From the NCBI GenBank assembly GCA_945872795.1, contig CAMCAZ010000002.1, forward strand, positions 65,298 through 129,297: a DNA stretch of 64,000 bases, written 5' to 3'. This DNA is from Chryseobacterium gleum (GTDB taxonomy: Bacteria; Bacteroidota; Bacteroidia; Flavobacteriales_F; PHOS-HE28). Under the pieces are notes generated by a model, which saw only the letters and a list, made by a program, of their open reading frames with translations, had not been told where the DNA came from and ran no database searches. A program made the translations under genes and the position numbers. Shown piece by piece: positions 36,586 to 47,438 of this stretch (position 1 is the stretch's first letter; the number at the start of each line of letters is the position of its first letter).

Positions 36586-39080
36586 TGTCCGGGAAAGGCC
36601 TCTGGATGAGATCCGTGCTGCTGGGGGTCGCGACCACCGCCGCAGGGTGGGGACATGCCCAGACCACGCGGGTCAGCGGCAAGGTCACCGATGCGTCCAC
36701 CGGCGAAACGCTCCCCTTCGTGAACATCGCCTTCGTGGACAGCCGCATAGGCACCACCACGGATATCGAGGGCAACTACGCCATTGACACGTATTACGCC
36801 ACCGATTCGCTAAGGGTATCTTCCGTGGGCTACATCTCCCGCACCCTGTCCGTGCGCAAGGACCGCGCACAGGTGCTGGACATCACTCTGGAGCCGAACA
36901 AGGTGCAACTGGCCGAGGTGGTGATCCGCCCGCCCGATGAGAACCCTGCCTTCACCATCCTGCGCCGCGTGGTGCAGCACAAGCCCGCCAACAACCGTGA
37001 GAAGCTGGAGGCCTACGAATACCAGGCCTACAACAAGATCGAGTTCGACCTGAACAACATCACCGAGGAGTTCACGCAGAAGAAGCTCTTCAAACCCTTT
37101 GCCTTCATCTTCGACAACATCGACAGCAGTGGCACCAAACCCTACCTGCCGATCTTCATGACCGAGACCCTTTCGGAGGTCTTCTTCCGCCAGCGACCCA
37201 AGACCCAGCGGGAGGTGATCAAGGGGACGAAGGTGAGCGGTATTGAGAACGAAAGCGTGTCGCAGTTCATGGGCGACATGTACCAGAACATCAACATCTA
37301 CGACAATTACCTGGTGATCTTCGGTCGGAACTTCATCAGCCCCATTGCTGATGGTGGCAAGGGTTTCTACGAGTACTTCCTCACCGACAGCGCCTTCGTG
37401 GGAAAGTACTGGTGCTACAAGCTTGAGTTCAAGCCCAAACGCCCCCAGGAACTGGCATTCCAGGGCGAGATGTGGATCAATGATACCACCTATGCCGTGC
37501 GCCGGATCGAGGCCGGTATCCCCGAAGGGGCGAACCTCAACTTCGTGCAGGGCTTCTGGGTGCGGCAGGAGTACGACCAGGTGCAGAACGAGGTGTGGAT
37601 GCTGACCCGGGACGAGCTGGTCGCCGACCTGAACGTGATCCGCGACACCGGCAAGCCCAACAAGAACCCCGTGCAGGGTCTGTACGGTCGCCGTACGGCC
37701 AGCTACCGCGATTTCCTGGTGAACCGACCTCGGGAGGAGGAGTTCTACGCAGGGGCGGAGCAGGTGGTGATGGCCGTGGACCCGCTCAGCGAGCAGGACG
37801 GCTACTGGGAACAGAACAGGCACGTGCCGCTCACGGAAAAGGAGGCCGCTATCTACCACATGGTGGATACCATGAAGTCCATCCCACGGTTCCGGACCTA
37901 CATCGATATCGTGCAGACCGTGGTGACCGGCTACTATCCGATGGGGAACATCGAGCTCGGTCCCTACTTCACCACCTACAGCTTCAATGCGGTGGAGGGC
38001 AATCGTTTTCGAATGGGTGCGCGTACCAGCAGCCAGTGGAGCCGGCGCGTGGAGCTGGAGGGCTACCTGGCCTATGGTACGAAGGACCAGGAACTGAAGT
38101 ATGGTTTCGGAGGGAAGGCCTTGGTCTCCAAAGCGCCGCGGGTGATCGTGGGCGCGTATTACCGGCATGACATCGAGCAGTTGGGCCAGAGCGTGGGGGC
38201 CTTCCGGGAGGACAACATCCTGTCCTCCCTGTTCAGGAGACTGCCCAACGATAAGCTCACCCTGGTGGACGACTACCATGCCTACGTCGAGCGCGAGTGG
38301 TTCATGGGCTTCAGCAATACGGTGGCCTTCCGGCACCGCACCATGTTCCCGCGGGGAAGTCTGGCCTACGTCAGTGTGAGCGACGCCCAGGAGCCCGAGA
38401 TCATCAACAGCATCACCACTACGGAGCTGGCGCTCAACACCTATTTCGCCTACAAGGAGAAATACGTCAGCGGTGATTTCTCCCGGGTGAGCGTGGGCAC
38501 GCCGTATCCCGTGCTGCAGGCCCATCTGGTACACGGTTTCAAGGATATCCTGAACGGCGACTATGACTACACGAAGCTCATCCTCCGTGTCCAGCAACGC
38601 ATTCCCTTGGGTGCCCTGGGCTTCCTGCGTTACACGCTCACCGGGGGCAAGGTCTGGGGCACGCTTCCCTATCCGCTGTTGATCATCAATGCCGGCAACG
38701 AGACCTTCTACCTGGATGATATCGCCTTTAACTCCATGAACTTCTTTGAGTTCATCAACGACCGCGGCGCCACCATGTTCCTGGAGCAGCATTTCGACGG
38801 GCTCTTCTTCAACCGGGTACCCCTTTTCCGACGCCTGAAATGGCGGGAAGTGGTGGGGTTCAAGGCGGCCATCGGTGATCTGGATCCCAAGCAACGCGAG
38901 GAGATGGAGCTGCTGCCCTTCATGAACGACCTTAACAGCGGCCCCTTCATGGAGGCTTCGCTGGGGGTGGAGAACATCTTCAAGGTTATGCGCGTGGACG
39001 CCGTGCGACGCCTGACCTATCTGGACCTCCCCAACGCCAGGCCCTGGTCCCTCCGTCTAAAGCTTAACATCACCTTCTGA
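36582..39080 (+). CDS. DUF5686 / carboxypeptidase-regulatory-like domain protein (Bacteroidota envelope protein)
   Basis: An 832-aa protein whose start overlaps the tatC stop. After the signal peptide comes a CarboxypepD_reg-like beta-sandwich ([56 protein letters not shown]), then a long beta-rich DUF5686-type body. Confidence 0.65.
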   Translation: MMSGKGLWMRSVLLGVATTAAGWGHAQTTRVSGKVTDASTGETLPFVNIAFVDSRIGTTTDIEGNYAIDTYYATDSLRVSSVGYISRTLSVRKDRAQVLDITLEPNKVQLAEVVIRPPDENPAFTILRRVVQHKPANNREKLEAYEYQAYNKIEFDLNNITEEFTQKKLFKPFAFIFDNIDSSGTKPYLPIFMTETLSEVFFRQRPKTQREVIKGTKVSGIENESVSQFMGDMYQNINIYDNYLVIFGRNFISPIADGGKGFYEYFLTDSAFVGKYWCYKLEFKPKRPQELAFQGEMWINDTTYAVRRIEAGIPEGANLNFVQGFWVRQEYDQVQNEVWMLTRDELVADLNVIRDTGKPNKNPVQGLYGRRTASYRDFLVNRPREEEFYAGAEQVVMAVDPLSEQDGYWEQNRHVPLTEKEAAIYHMVDTMKSIPRFRTYIDIVQTVVTGYYPMGNIELGPYFTTYSFNAVEGNRFRMGARTSSQWSRRVELEGYLAYGTKDQELKYGFGGKALVSKAPRVIVGAYYRHDIEQLGQSVGAFREDNILSSLFRRLPNDKLTLVDDYHAYVEREWFMGFSNTVAFRHRTMFPRGSLAYVSVSDAQEPEIINSITTTELALNTYFAYKEKYVSGDFSRVSVGTPYPVLQAHLVHGFKDILNGDYDYTKLILRVQQRIPLGALGFLRYTLTGGKVWGTLPYPLLIINAGNETFYLDDIAFNSMNFFEFINDRGATMFLEQHFDGLFFNRVPLFRRLKWREVVGFKAAIGDLDPKQREEMELLPFMNDLNSGPFMEASLGVENIFKVMRVDAVRRLTYLDLPNARPWSLRLKLNITF

Positions 39081-39084
39081 TCAC

Positions 39085-39816
39085 GTGCTCAAGGCTGTCA
39101 ATATCTTCAAACACTACAAGCGCCGCACGGTAGTGAACGGCGTGAGCGTGCACGTGGACCAGGGCGAGATCGTGGGTCTGCTGGGACCCAATGGTGCCGG
39201 CAAGACCACGAGCTTCTACATGATCGTGGGCCTGGTGAAGCCCAATGAGGGCAAGGTCCTGTTGGACGACGAGGACATCACGGACCTCGCCATGTACCGA
39301 CGGGCACAGAAAGGGATCGGCTACCTGCCTCAGGAGGCCAGCGTGTTCCGCAAGCTGAGCGTGGAGGATAACATCCGGGCCATCCTGGAAATGACGGGCA
39401 AGAGCAAGGCGGAGCAGGCGGCCAAGCTGGAGGAACTGCTCAATGAGTTCAGCCTGCAGCATGTGCGCAAGAACATGGGCGATGTGCTCAGCGGCGGCGA
39501 ACGGCGGAGGACGGAGATCGCCCGAGCGCTGGCCACCGAACCCCGGTTCATCCTGCTCGATGAGCCCTTTGCTGGTGTGGACCCCATCGCCGTGGAGGAC
39601 ATCCAGGCGATCGTCGCCAAACTGAAGGAGAAGAACATCGGCATCCTGATCACCGACCACAACGTGCAGGAGACCCTGAGCATCACCGACCGCGCCTACC
39701 TGCTCTTCGAGGGCAAGATCCTGAAGCAAGGGACGGCCGAGGAACTGGCCGCGGATGAGACGGTGCGGCGTGTCTATCTGGGGAAGAACTTCGAGTTGCG
39801 AAAGAAGACCGTTTAG
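39085..39816 (+). CDS. lptB: LPS export ABC transporter ATP-binding protein LptB
   Basis: Walker [10 protein letters not shown], signature LSGGERRR, Walker B ILLDEPF. 243 aa, 4 nt after the preceding gene. Confidence 0.9.
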   Translation: MLKAVNIFKHYKRRTVVNGVSVHVDQGEIVGLLGPNGAGKTTSFYMIVGLVKPNEGKVLLDDEDITDLAMYRRAQKGIGYLPQEASVFRKLSVEDNIRAILEMTGKSKAEQAAKLEELLNEFSLQHVRKNMGDVLSGGERRRTEIARALATEPRFILLDEPFAGVDPIAVEDIQAIVAKLKEKNIGILITDHNVQETLSITDRAYLLFEGKILKQGTAEELAADETVRRVYLGKNFELRKKTV

Positions 39817-39874
39817 GCCGATCACATCGATCCTCGGGTCAGACCCATGGAACTGCTTGGAATGGTCGACCCAA

Positions 39875-39917
39875 TGGGCCCGAGGCCTCGGGCGACGCCA
39901 TGGGTGCCATGGGCACC
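39875..39917. terminator. pair of hairpins between convergent lptB and purS
   Basis: GGGCCCGAGG/CCTCGGGC (39875-39892) and GGGTGCC-atg-GGCACCC (39901-39917). Confidence 0.45.
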
Positions 39918-39931
39918 CTTCGCGGTAACTG

Positions 39932-40189
39932 TTATGCCAGTTCTTCGATCGAGAAGCTGTACTTCTCCATGATCTGGTTGGCCAGCAGTTTCTTACAGGC
40001 CTCGTCCACCTTGGCCTCGGCGCCTTTCTTGTCGGCGGCCTCCACGTGCAGGGTGATGTGTTTGCCGATGCGCACGCCGCTGATCTCGGGCAGGCCCAGG
40101 TTGCCCATCGCACCGGTCACAGCCTTGCCTTGCGGATCCAGCAGATTGTCGTGTGGCATCACATCGATGGAGGCGCGGAAGTTCTTCAT
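39932..40189 (-). CDS. purS: phosphoribosylformylglycinamidine synthase subunit PurS
   Basis: The internal Met MKNFRASIDVMPHDNLLDPQGKAVTGAMGNLG... gives the ~85-aa PurS fold signature. The upstream 27 codons of the ORF are probably not translated. Confidence 0.75.
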   Translation of the reverse strand: MKNFRASIDVMPHDNLLDPQGKAVTGAMGNLGLPEISGVRIGKHITLHVEAADKKGAEAKVDEACKKLLANQIMEKYSFSIEELA

Positions 40190-40285
40190 GGGTGCAAAGA
40201 TGGGAACGGGATCGTTGTCGTGGCTCCCGTAGCGTCGACCCACTGGGTCGATCGATACGATGCCACCCATGCCCGTCCAACTGGT

Positions 40286-41065
40286 TCAATAACCCGCCTT
40301 GCCGAACACCCGCCTCCACAATGGGCTGAGGATGTACAGGACCATGATCAGCGGCACGGCCAGGATCCCGTACCCCACCACCAGCACGGCGCCGAGCCCC
40401 GCCAGCAGGTAGACCACCTGGTTTCCCTGCCAACGGAAGTGCTTGAACTTCAAGCCGGGGAGGGGGAGCTCGGAGAGCATGAGCGCGGCCATTCCCACGC
40501 AGACGATGAGCAATGCGGTGGAGGACCTCAGCAGGCTGACCACCAGACCGGCGAGCACGTCGGAACCGGGACCCGGATGCACGGCCACGTTCAAGCTGAC
40601 CAGGACCATCGACGCCCAGAAAAGACCGTTAGCGGGGGTGGGCAACCCAAGGAATCCGCTGGTTTGCCGGGTGTCGAGATTGAATTTCGCCAATCGCCAG
40701 CACGAAGCCACGACCAGAAGGAGAATGGCGGCTTTGATCGTGATGTCCGCAGTTGAGTACGGCAGCCCCAAAGGTCCAGGCAGATCAAGCTCGATCATGG
40801 TGCCGCTTGTCAGGAAAACAATGAACGCCGGCGCCACCCCGAACGTCACCATATCCGCCAGACTGTCCAGCTGGGCTCCCAAGGGTGAGCCGCCGCCCAG
40901 TGCCCGGGCCGCCAGGCCGTCCAGCACATCGAAGAAGGCTCCGATGAACACAAGCCAACACGCCCATGTTAACTGTCCTTGGGAGGCTAACAGGATGGAA
41001 CCCATGCCGCACGCTAGGTTCGCGGTCGTGAGCTGGTCCGGAATGCGCGGTAGGCGTGCCATCAT
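40286..41065 (-). CDS. pssA: CDP-alcohol phosphatidyltransferase (CDP-diacylglycerol--serine O-phosphatidyltransferase-like)
   Basis: DVLDGLAARALGGGSPLGAQLDSLADMV is the D-G-x2-A-R...G-x3-D-x3-D motif. The protein is polytopic. Confidence 0.75.
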   Translation of the reverse strand: MMARLPRIPDQLTTANLACGMGSILLASQGQLTWACWLVFIGAFFDVLDGLAARALGGGSPLGAQLDSLADMVTFGVAPAFIVFLTSGTMIELDLPGPLGLPYSTADITIKAAILLLVVASCWRLAKFNLDTRQTSGFLGLPTPANGLFWASMVLVSLNVAVHPGPGSDVLAGLVVSLLRSSTALLIVCVGMAALMLSELPLPGLKFKHFRWQGNQVVYLLAGLGAVLVVGYGILAVPLIMVLYILSPLWRRVFGKAGY

Positions 41066-41173
41066 GGAGCACCTTCTGGAGGCGAGTGCGTGTTGTGGGG
41101 CCGAAGTTGGGATAAATTCGGGGCAATATCAGAGGCCACCAAGAGTTAGTAGCTGCGTCAATACATCATCGGA

Positions 41174-42277
41174 ATGAAGATCGGGAGCATGAAGGGTATG
41201 CGCAGCATGGTGGCCGTTTCGCTGGCCGTTTGGGGAGCTTCGGGCGCCATCGCGCAGGATGCACCCAAGTACAGCAACGAGTTCCTCGCCATCGGCGTGG
41301 GCGCCCGCGCCCTAGGCATGGGCAGCGCCTACACCAGCGTGGTGAACGACGTGACCAGTGGCTATTGGAACCCGGCGGGCCTGCTGGGCGTGAAGGGCGA
41401 CCTGCAGGTGGGGGCCATGCACAGCGAGTACTTCGCGGGCATCGCCAAGTACGACCACATCGGCATCGCCAAGCCCATCGATTCGCTCAGCGCCATCAGC
41501 TTCACCTTCGTCCGCTTCGGCATCGACAACATCCCGAACACCATCGACCTGATCGATCCCTCGGGCAACATCGATTACGACCGGATCACGTCCTTCAGTT
41601 CGGCGGACCATGCTTTCATCATTAGTTACGCCCGCAAGTTGAGCGTGCCCGGCCTGCGCCTGGGAGGCAGTGCCAAGGTGATCTACCGCCGGGTGGGGGA
41701 GTTTGGCAAGGCCTGGGGTTTCGGGCTCGACGCCGGAGCGCAATATGAACGGAACCGCTGGCGGTTCTCGGCCGTGGCCCGTGACGTGACCGGCACCTTC
41801 AATGCGTGGAGCTACACGCTGGACCAGCGCACCATCGATGTCTTCAGCCAGACCGGCAACGACATTCCGGTGAACAGCGTGGAGGTGACCCTGCCCCGCC
41901 TGATGCTGGGCGCGGCACACCAGTTCAAGTTCGGGTCGAAGTTCGATCTCATCGCTGCCGTTGAGCTGGAGAACACCTTTGATGGGCAGCGGAACACGCT
42001 CATCCAAAGTGATGCGATCAGCAGCGATCCGCGCCTGGGTTTCGAGCTGGGCTATGCGGGCATCGTGTACATCCGGACGGGGATCTCCAACATCCAGTAC
42101 GTCACGGATATCGCCGACCAGCGGGAACTGTCCATCCAACCCAACATCGGACTGGGCCTGAAGATCAAGAGCTTCTCGCTGGACTATGCCCTCACGGATA
42201 TCGGTGATAACAGCGTGGCGCTTTACTCCAACATCTTCTCCATCAAGTTCGACCTCTTCAAGAAGACCGCTGCATGA
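41174..42277 (+). CDS. PorV/PorQ-family T9SS outer-membrane beta-barrel protein
   Basis: A signal peptide, then FLAIGVGARALGMGSAYTSVVNDVTSGYWNPAGL, which matches the PorV/PorQ N-terminal signature (FLxI..AR..GMG.A...D..S..WNPA.L). It is 367 aa, and its stop overlaps the PorU-like start (ATGA). Confidence 0.6.
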   Translation: MKIGSMKGMRSMVAVSLAVWGASGAIAQDAPKYSNEFLAIGVGARALGMGSAYTSVVNDVTSGYWNPAGLLGVKGDLQVGAMHSEYFAGIAKYDHIGIAKPIDSLSAISFTFVRFGIDNIPNTIDLIDPSGNIDYDRITSFSSADHAFIISYARKLSVPGLRLGGSAKVIYRRVGEFGKAWGFGLDAGAQYERNRWRFSAVARDVTGTFNAWSYTLDQRTIDVFSQTGNDIPVNSVEVTLPRLMLGAAHQFKFGSKFDLIAAVELENTFDGQRNTLIQSDAISSDPRLGFELGYAGIVYIRTGISNIQYVTDIADQRELSIQPNIGLGLKIKSFSLDYALTDIGDNSVALYSNIFSIKFDLFKKTAA

Positions 42278-45200
42278 CAAGAGCCTTATTCGCGGTCCTG
42301 GTGTTCCTGAACGTGACCAATGCGGTCGCACAGTTGTCGTATGGCAACGAATGGATCGACCATGACCGGCAGTATTGGCGCTTCGAGGTGGTGAAGGACG
42401 GGCTGCACCGCATCGACCGGGACGTGCTCATCGCAGCCGGGTTCCCGGTGAGCACAGTGGATCCTCGGGATCTGATGCTCTTCAGCCGGGAGAAGCAGGT
42501 TCCCCTCTTCGTTTCCGGGGAAAATGACGGGGTCTTCGATCCCGATGACTTCATCGAGTTCCGGGGCTTCCGCAACGATGCCTGGCTGGATGCCAAGATG
42601 TTCCCGGCACCGGAGATGCTGGGCAACCCCTACTACAGCTTCGTGAACGATACCATCCGCTACTTCCTTACCTGGGATAGCGATCCAGGGGTGGATAAGA
42701 AGCACATCGTGGCCCAGGCCGAGCTGCCCACGGCCGGTTATCCCATCGTTCCCTACTATTGGGGGGAGGTGGTCCGTGCACGGAATGGACTTTATTTTCT
42801 AGGACCCACGGCCAATTTTGGAGGTAGCAGTGGGCAGTACGTGGAGGGGGAAGGGTGGTACGACAGCAACCCCACGAATCTGGCCGGTGATTCGGTGGAC
42901 CGGCAGATGACGTTACCCACACCGCGCAAGTATACCGGGGCAGATGCCCCCGATGCAACCATCCGGGCGACCGTGGTGGGGACAGGCAATCCGGGTGGTG
43001 TGTACAACGCGGACGACCATCACGTGAAGATCGTCTATGGTGCTTCACCCGGCATCGCCGCGGTGGATACCATCTACCGCGGGCACAAGGTGGTCAATAT
43101 GTCCTTCCTGGCGCCGCAAGCGAACATTGCGACCAATACGGTGATCCGGTTCAGGGTCCTCCGCGACCTGTTCGATGGTCCTGGGCAGGTGGGCTATTTC
43201 CAGCCCGGCTATACGGATAAGCAGGCCATGGCCTTCGGCGCAGTGCGCTATGCCAAGATGTTCCATCTGGACAACGATACGTCCCAGGCCATGGGTATTC
43301 CCGATCTGGACGGGGACGGATTCCTGCACCTGGATTTCAGTAACCTCGCCGGAACACCAGTGATCTATGCCCAAGGTGATACGTTGCGCCGGGTGATCCC
43401 CACGCCCTCCGGTGCCCGATGGAAGGCCTTGTTACAGGCCGATCCCGACTCGGCGCTCACCGATGCCTTCGTGTTCGCGCAGGAGAACATTGCGCCCATC
43501 ACTTCACTCAAGCGGGTGAACGGTACCGGCTTCTTTACGGACTTCACGGCCAACCCGGTGGATTCCGCCATGTTGATCGTAGCCCATAGCACGCTGATGG
43601 GCGTGGCCCAGGATTACGCTGACTTCCGGGAGACGAGCCAACGCAACCGATACAATACCCTGGTGGTGGATGTGGACGAGCTCTACGACCAGTTCGGGGG
43701 CGGGATCCCCAAACATGCCTTCGCCATCCGGCGTTGGGCCAGGTTCCTTCTTGATTCGTGGAACAGTGATCCCCGGGCATTGTTCCTCATCGGCAAGTCA
43801 GTCCAGAACGTGAAGGTCAATGCCTCCACCCAAGGTATCCGTCCAGATTCCGACGGCGCCTATGCCACCTGCCTGGTCCCCACCTTTGGCCACCCGGCCT
43901 CCGATGTCGGCTTCACCATCGGACTGCGCTTCGACCCGCGCAAGGTGGAGATCCCCGTAGGACGGCTGAGCGTGTACACTCCCGATGAAGTCACTTGGTA
44001 TATGGAGAAGGTGCAGGCCCTGGAGTCTCAGGAACCTGACGTCTGGATGAAGAACATCCTGCATTTCGCCGGTGGGCTTGCCCCGGGCGAAGCCGAAGGG
44101 TTCGTCAATACCCTGAATTCATATCGGGCGGTGGCCGTGGACACCTCATTCGGTGCGAATGTGGCGACCTTCAAGAAGAACACCTCCGACATCTTCCAAC
44201 AGGCCTCTGCGGATTCCGTACGCAGGTATATTGAGGAGGGTGTCACCGTCATGACCTTTCTGGCCCACGCCTATGCCAGCAGCTTCGACATCACCATCGA
44301 TGAGCCCTCGAATTACCAATGGAACGGCAAGCATCCCTTGGTGATCGGCAACTCCTGCTATATCGGCAACATCCACCAGAACAACCGCCTGAGCAAGGGA
44401 GAGGATTGGGTCCTTGAGCCGGCAACGGGTCCCATCGCGTTCCTTGCCACCACTGAGCTATCGCTGGCGCCCTATCTGGCTTCCTACACGGATGCCTTCT
44501 ACCGCAGTTTTTGCAGGCTGAACTATGGCGGAAGTATCGGTGAGCACATGAAGCATGCGGTGTTCCAATCGATGAGCAACAGCACCGACCTCAATACGGT
44601 GCATACCGCGCACACCTTCACCCTGCAGGGTGATCCCACCATCGTCCTGAACTCCTTCGACAAGCCGGACTACAGTGTGGATCAGGCCGATGTCCTTTAT
44701 GATCCCGATCCGGTGACCGCTGACGCCGATACCTTCCAGGTGAAGGCGGTGGTGGTGAACAATGCCAAAGCCGTGAACGGCCCGGTGCGCGTGGTGTTGC
44801 AGCGTTCGAACCCCTCGTTGGGCGCGACCCAGGAGTACTTCGCCGAGATCAATAACGTGTATCTCCGAGATACCGCTTACTTCAGTGTGCCCACCATGGG
44901 CAATGCCGGTGGGCAGGGCATCAACGGCATGCAGGTGCGGGTGGACCTCGACCCGGATGTGATCCCGGAGCTCGATGACACCGGCAACAACTCCACAGTG
45001 AGCTCGCTCTTCATCACTTCGGGTGATCTGATCCCGATCTATCCCTACGACTATGCCATCGTGCCCGATCCCATACAGCCGCTGAAGGCCAGTACCGGTG
45101 ATCCCTTCGCGGTCCCCCGGAACTATGTGTTCCAGATCGATACCACCGATCTCTTCAACAGCCCGCAACGGGAGGTCGCCACGGTATCGGCGCCCGGCGG

Positions 45201-47424
45201 GGTGGTGAGCTGGACACCCCAGTCCATTTACAACTTGAACAACCTGCAGGACAGCACGGTGTTCTACTGGCGCTGCAGCATCGACAGCACCGGGAACGGT
45301 GGCTACAACTGGTACGAGCGTTCGTTCCAATACATTCCGGGCAAGCATGGCTGGGGGCAGTCGCACTATTTCCAGTTCAAGAACAACAGCTTTTCCAACG
45401 TGGTCTACGACAGACCGCAGCGCGCCTTTGATTTCTTCACGGGGCAGCGCAACATCAGGGCACAGGTGCATGACAGTGTCTACAGTCCATATACTGAATG
45501 GTCCATCGATCTGGAACCCCAGGACTATAACGGCTGCGGTACTGCAGCGGGCTGGCATGTCGCCGTGGTGGATCCCGGCTCTTTTGAGGCCTGGGGGACC
45601 AGCTACAACGGGGAGAACCCACAGAACAATTTCGGCAACCTGAACCAGAACGGTGTCTGCGGGTCCCGGGTGCGTAAGTTCTTCACCTTCCTCACCAACA
45701 ATGCGACCCAACTGGCCGGGATGCGCAACATGCTGGAGAATGCCGTGCCCGACGGTCACCATGTGCTCTGTTACACGTGGATGTACCTGGACAAGGATGG
45801 TATGGACGCCAACGCACCCGGCATGGTGGATTTCCTTGCCACGCTCGGGGCCGACCTCAGCACAGTACCGGACAGTGTGGCCTACATTTTCTATTACCGC
45901 AAGGGCGTTCCGGGCTCCTTCCAACAGGCCATCGCCCCTCAGGTGTTCCCGCCCAATGAGCCCGAATACGTCAACCTTTCCGTTTGGGTGGACAGTCCCG
46001 CGAACCAAGGGACCATCACTACCATGGAGGCGGGGCCTGCTCAGTCGTGGGGTAAGCTGTATTGGAACGACCGTGCCCAGGACGCAGGTGACAGCACGCG
46101 GATCCAATTGCGCGGCATATCTACTTCCGGTGCCGAGGTCGATCTGGCCAACGAATTGACCAATGACCTGTCGCCCATCGATTCCTTGGATCTCAGCCAG
46201 CTCATCAGTGCCGAAGATTATCCCACCCTGCGGATCCGTGGCCATTTCTTCGATACGGATCAGGCTGCAGCTCCGGACCCTTCACAAATGGTCCGGTGGC
46301 AACTGCTGAGCGCGCCGGTCCCGGAATGTGCCATCGATCCGCCACAGGGCTTCGTCCAGATCCAGGAGGGCCTCTTCGAAGGCCAGGAAGCACGCGTTGC
46401 GGTGGCTGTCCACAATGTCAGTCTGTTCGATATGGACAGCCTGCTGATGGGGGCGTGGGTGCTCGATCGCAACAACCAACGCCGCACGGTGCACTACCGC
46501 TTGAACGCGCCCCTCACTGCCGGTGCAACGCTCCTGGATACCATCCGCTTCTCCACCAATGGCTTCGGCGGTCCCAATACACTGATCATCGAGGCCAACC
46601 CCATCGACACCCTCACCGGGGTATATGATCAGGTGGAGCAGTACCGCTTCAACAATATCGCCCAGCTCCGCTTCGAGATCGCCGTCGATGACCAGAACCC
46701 CCTCCTCGACGTCACCTTCGACGGCATGCGCATCCTCGATGGTGACATCGTATCCGCACGGCCCGAGATCGAAATGGTACTGGACGACGAGAACACGGTG
46801 CTGTTGCACGATTCTCCTGCGGACACGGCCCTGTTCAAGGTGTATCTGACGCGTCCGGGAGCCGCCCTCGAACGCGTGTATTTCCGCACCAATGCGGGGG
46901 TGGAGAATATGCAGTTCATCCCGGCATCGGGCCCGGACAATGAGGCGCGCATCCTCTTCCGTCCGGTGTTCACCGTGGATGGCACCTACACCTTGACCGT
47001 GCAGGCCAACGACCGAAGCAACAACGCTTCCGGGGACCGCGAGATGAAGGTGAGCTTCGAGGTCGTCAACCGGCCCACGATCACCGAGGTGCTGAACTAC
47101 CCGAACCCCTTCACCACCAGCACCCGCTTCGTCTTCACCGTCACCGGCACCGAGGCGCCCACCTACATGAAGATCCAGATCATGACCATCACAGGCAAAG
47201 TGGTGCGTGAGGTGCGCATGAACGAGCTGGGGCCACTGCGTGTGGGACGCAACATGACGGAGTTCGCCTGGGATGGCACCGATGAGTTCGGTGACCGGCT
47301 GGCCCGAGGGGTCTACCTGTACCGCGTGATCGCACAGTTGCATGGGCAGGACATCGAGCAGCGCGAGACCAATGCCTCCCAGTACTTCTCCAAGGGCATC
47401 GGTAAAATGTACCTGTTGAGATAG
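42274..47424 (+). CDS. PorU-like C25 (gingipain-family) cysteine peptidase with Por C-terminal domain; candidate T9SS C-terminal signal peptidase
   Basis: A 1716-aa protein. The N-terminal domain W..YWRFEVVKDGLHRIDRDVL...VPLFVSGENDGVFDPDDFIEFRG resembles the PorU N-domain. The C25 catalytic region has FLAHAYAS and LVIGNSCYIGN (His/Cys dyad). The C-terminus is VLNYPNPFTTSTRFVFTVTG...GVYLYRV..., a T9SS CTD. Confidence 0.6.
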   Translation: MTRALFAVLVFLNVTNAVAQLSYGNEWIDHDRQYWRFEVVKDGLHRIDRDVLIAAGFPVSTVDPRDLMLFSREKQVPLFVSGENDGVFDPDDFIEFRGFRNDAWLDAKMFPAPEMLGNPYYSFVNDTIRYFLTWDSDPGVDKKHIVAQAELPTAGYPIVPYYWGEVVRARNGLYFLGPTANFGGSSGQYVEGEGWYDSNPTNLAGDSVDRQMTLPTPRKYTGADAPDATIRATVVGTGNPGGVYNADDHHVKIVYGASPGIAAVDTIYRGHKVVNMSFLAPQANIATNTVIRFRVLRDLFDGPGQVGYFQPGYTDKQAMAFGAVRYAKMFHLDNDTSQAMGIPDLDGDGFLHLDFSNLAGTPVIYAQGDTLRRVIPTPSGARWKALLQADPDSALTDAFVFAQENIAPITSLKRVNGTGFFTDFTANPVDSAMLIVAHSTLMGVAQDYADFRETSQRNRYNTLVVDVDELYDQFGGGIPKHAFAIRRWARFLLDSWNSDPRALFLIGKSVQNVKVNASTQGIRPDSDGAYATCLVPTFGHPASDVGFTIGLRFDPRKVEIPVGRLSVYTPDEVTWYMEKVQALESQEPDVWMKNILHFAGGLAPGEAEGFVNTLNSYRAVAVDTSFGANVATFKKNTSDIFQQASADSVRRYIEEGVTVMTFLAHAYASSFDITIDEPSNYQWNGKHPLVIGNSCYIGNIHQNNRLSKGEDWVLEPATGPIAFLATTELSLAPYLASYTDAFYRSFCRLNYGGSIGEHMKHAVFQSMSNSTDLNTVHTAHTFTLQGDPTIVLNSFDKPDYSVDQADVLYDPDPVTADADTFQVKAVVVNNAKAVNGPVRVVLQRSNPSLGATQEYFAEINNVYLRDTAYFSVPTMGNAGGQGINGMQVRVDLDPDVIPELDDTGNNSTVSSLFITSGDLIPIYPYDYAIVPDPIQPLKASTGDPFAVPRNYVFQIDTTDLFNSPQREVATVSAPGGVVSWTPQSIYNLNNLQDSTVFYWRCSIDSTGNGGYNWYERSFQYIPGKHGWGQSHYFQFKNNSFSNVVYDRPQRAFDFFTGQRNIRAQVHDSVYSPYTEWSIDLEPQDYNGCGTAAGWHVAVVDPGSFEAWGTSYNGENPQNNFGNLNQNGVCGSRVRKFFTFLTNNATQLAGMRNMLENAVPDGHHVLCYTWMYLDKDGMDANAPGMVDFLATLGADLSTVPDSVAYIFYYRKGVPGSFQQAIAPQVFPPNEPEYVNLSVWVDSPANQGTITTMEAGPAQSWGKLYWNDRAQDAGDSTRIQLRGISTSGAEVDLANELTNDLSPIDSLDLSQLISAEDYPTLRIRGHFFDTDQAAAPDPSQMVRWQLLSAPVPECAIDPPQGFVQIQEGLFEGQEARVAVAVHNVSLFDMDSLLMGAWVLDRNNQRRTVHYRLNAPLTAGATLLDTIRFSTNGFGGPNTLIIEANPIDTLTGVYDQVEQYRFNNIAQLRFEIAVDDQNPLLDVTFDGMRILDGDIVSARPEIEMVLDDENTVLLHDSPADTALFKVYLTRPGAALERVYFRTNAGVENMQFIPASGPDNEARILFRPVFTVDGTYTLTVQANDRSNNASGDREMKVSFEVVNRPTITEVLNYPNPFTTSTRFVFTVTGTEAPTYMKIQIMTITGKVVREVRMNELGPLRVGRNMTEFAWDGTDEFGDRLARGVYLYRVIAQLHGQDIEQRETNASQYFSKGIGKMYLLR

Positions 47425-47438
47425 CCCGGTCTACTTTC

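Noticed and set aside
42274-47424. Calling the 1716-aa C25 peptidase the canonical porU with a gene symbol
   Set aside because: Its length and the presence of a cargo-like CTD differ from characterised PorU. Without alignment I cannot exclude a secreted gingipain-like cargo or a second paralog, so no symbol is assigned.
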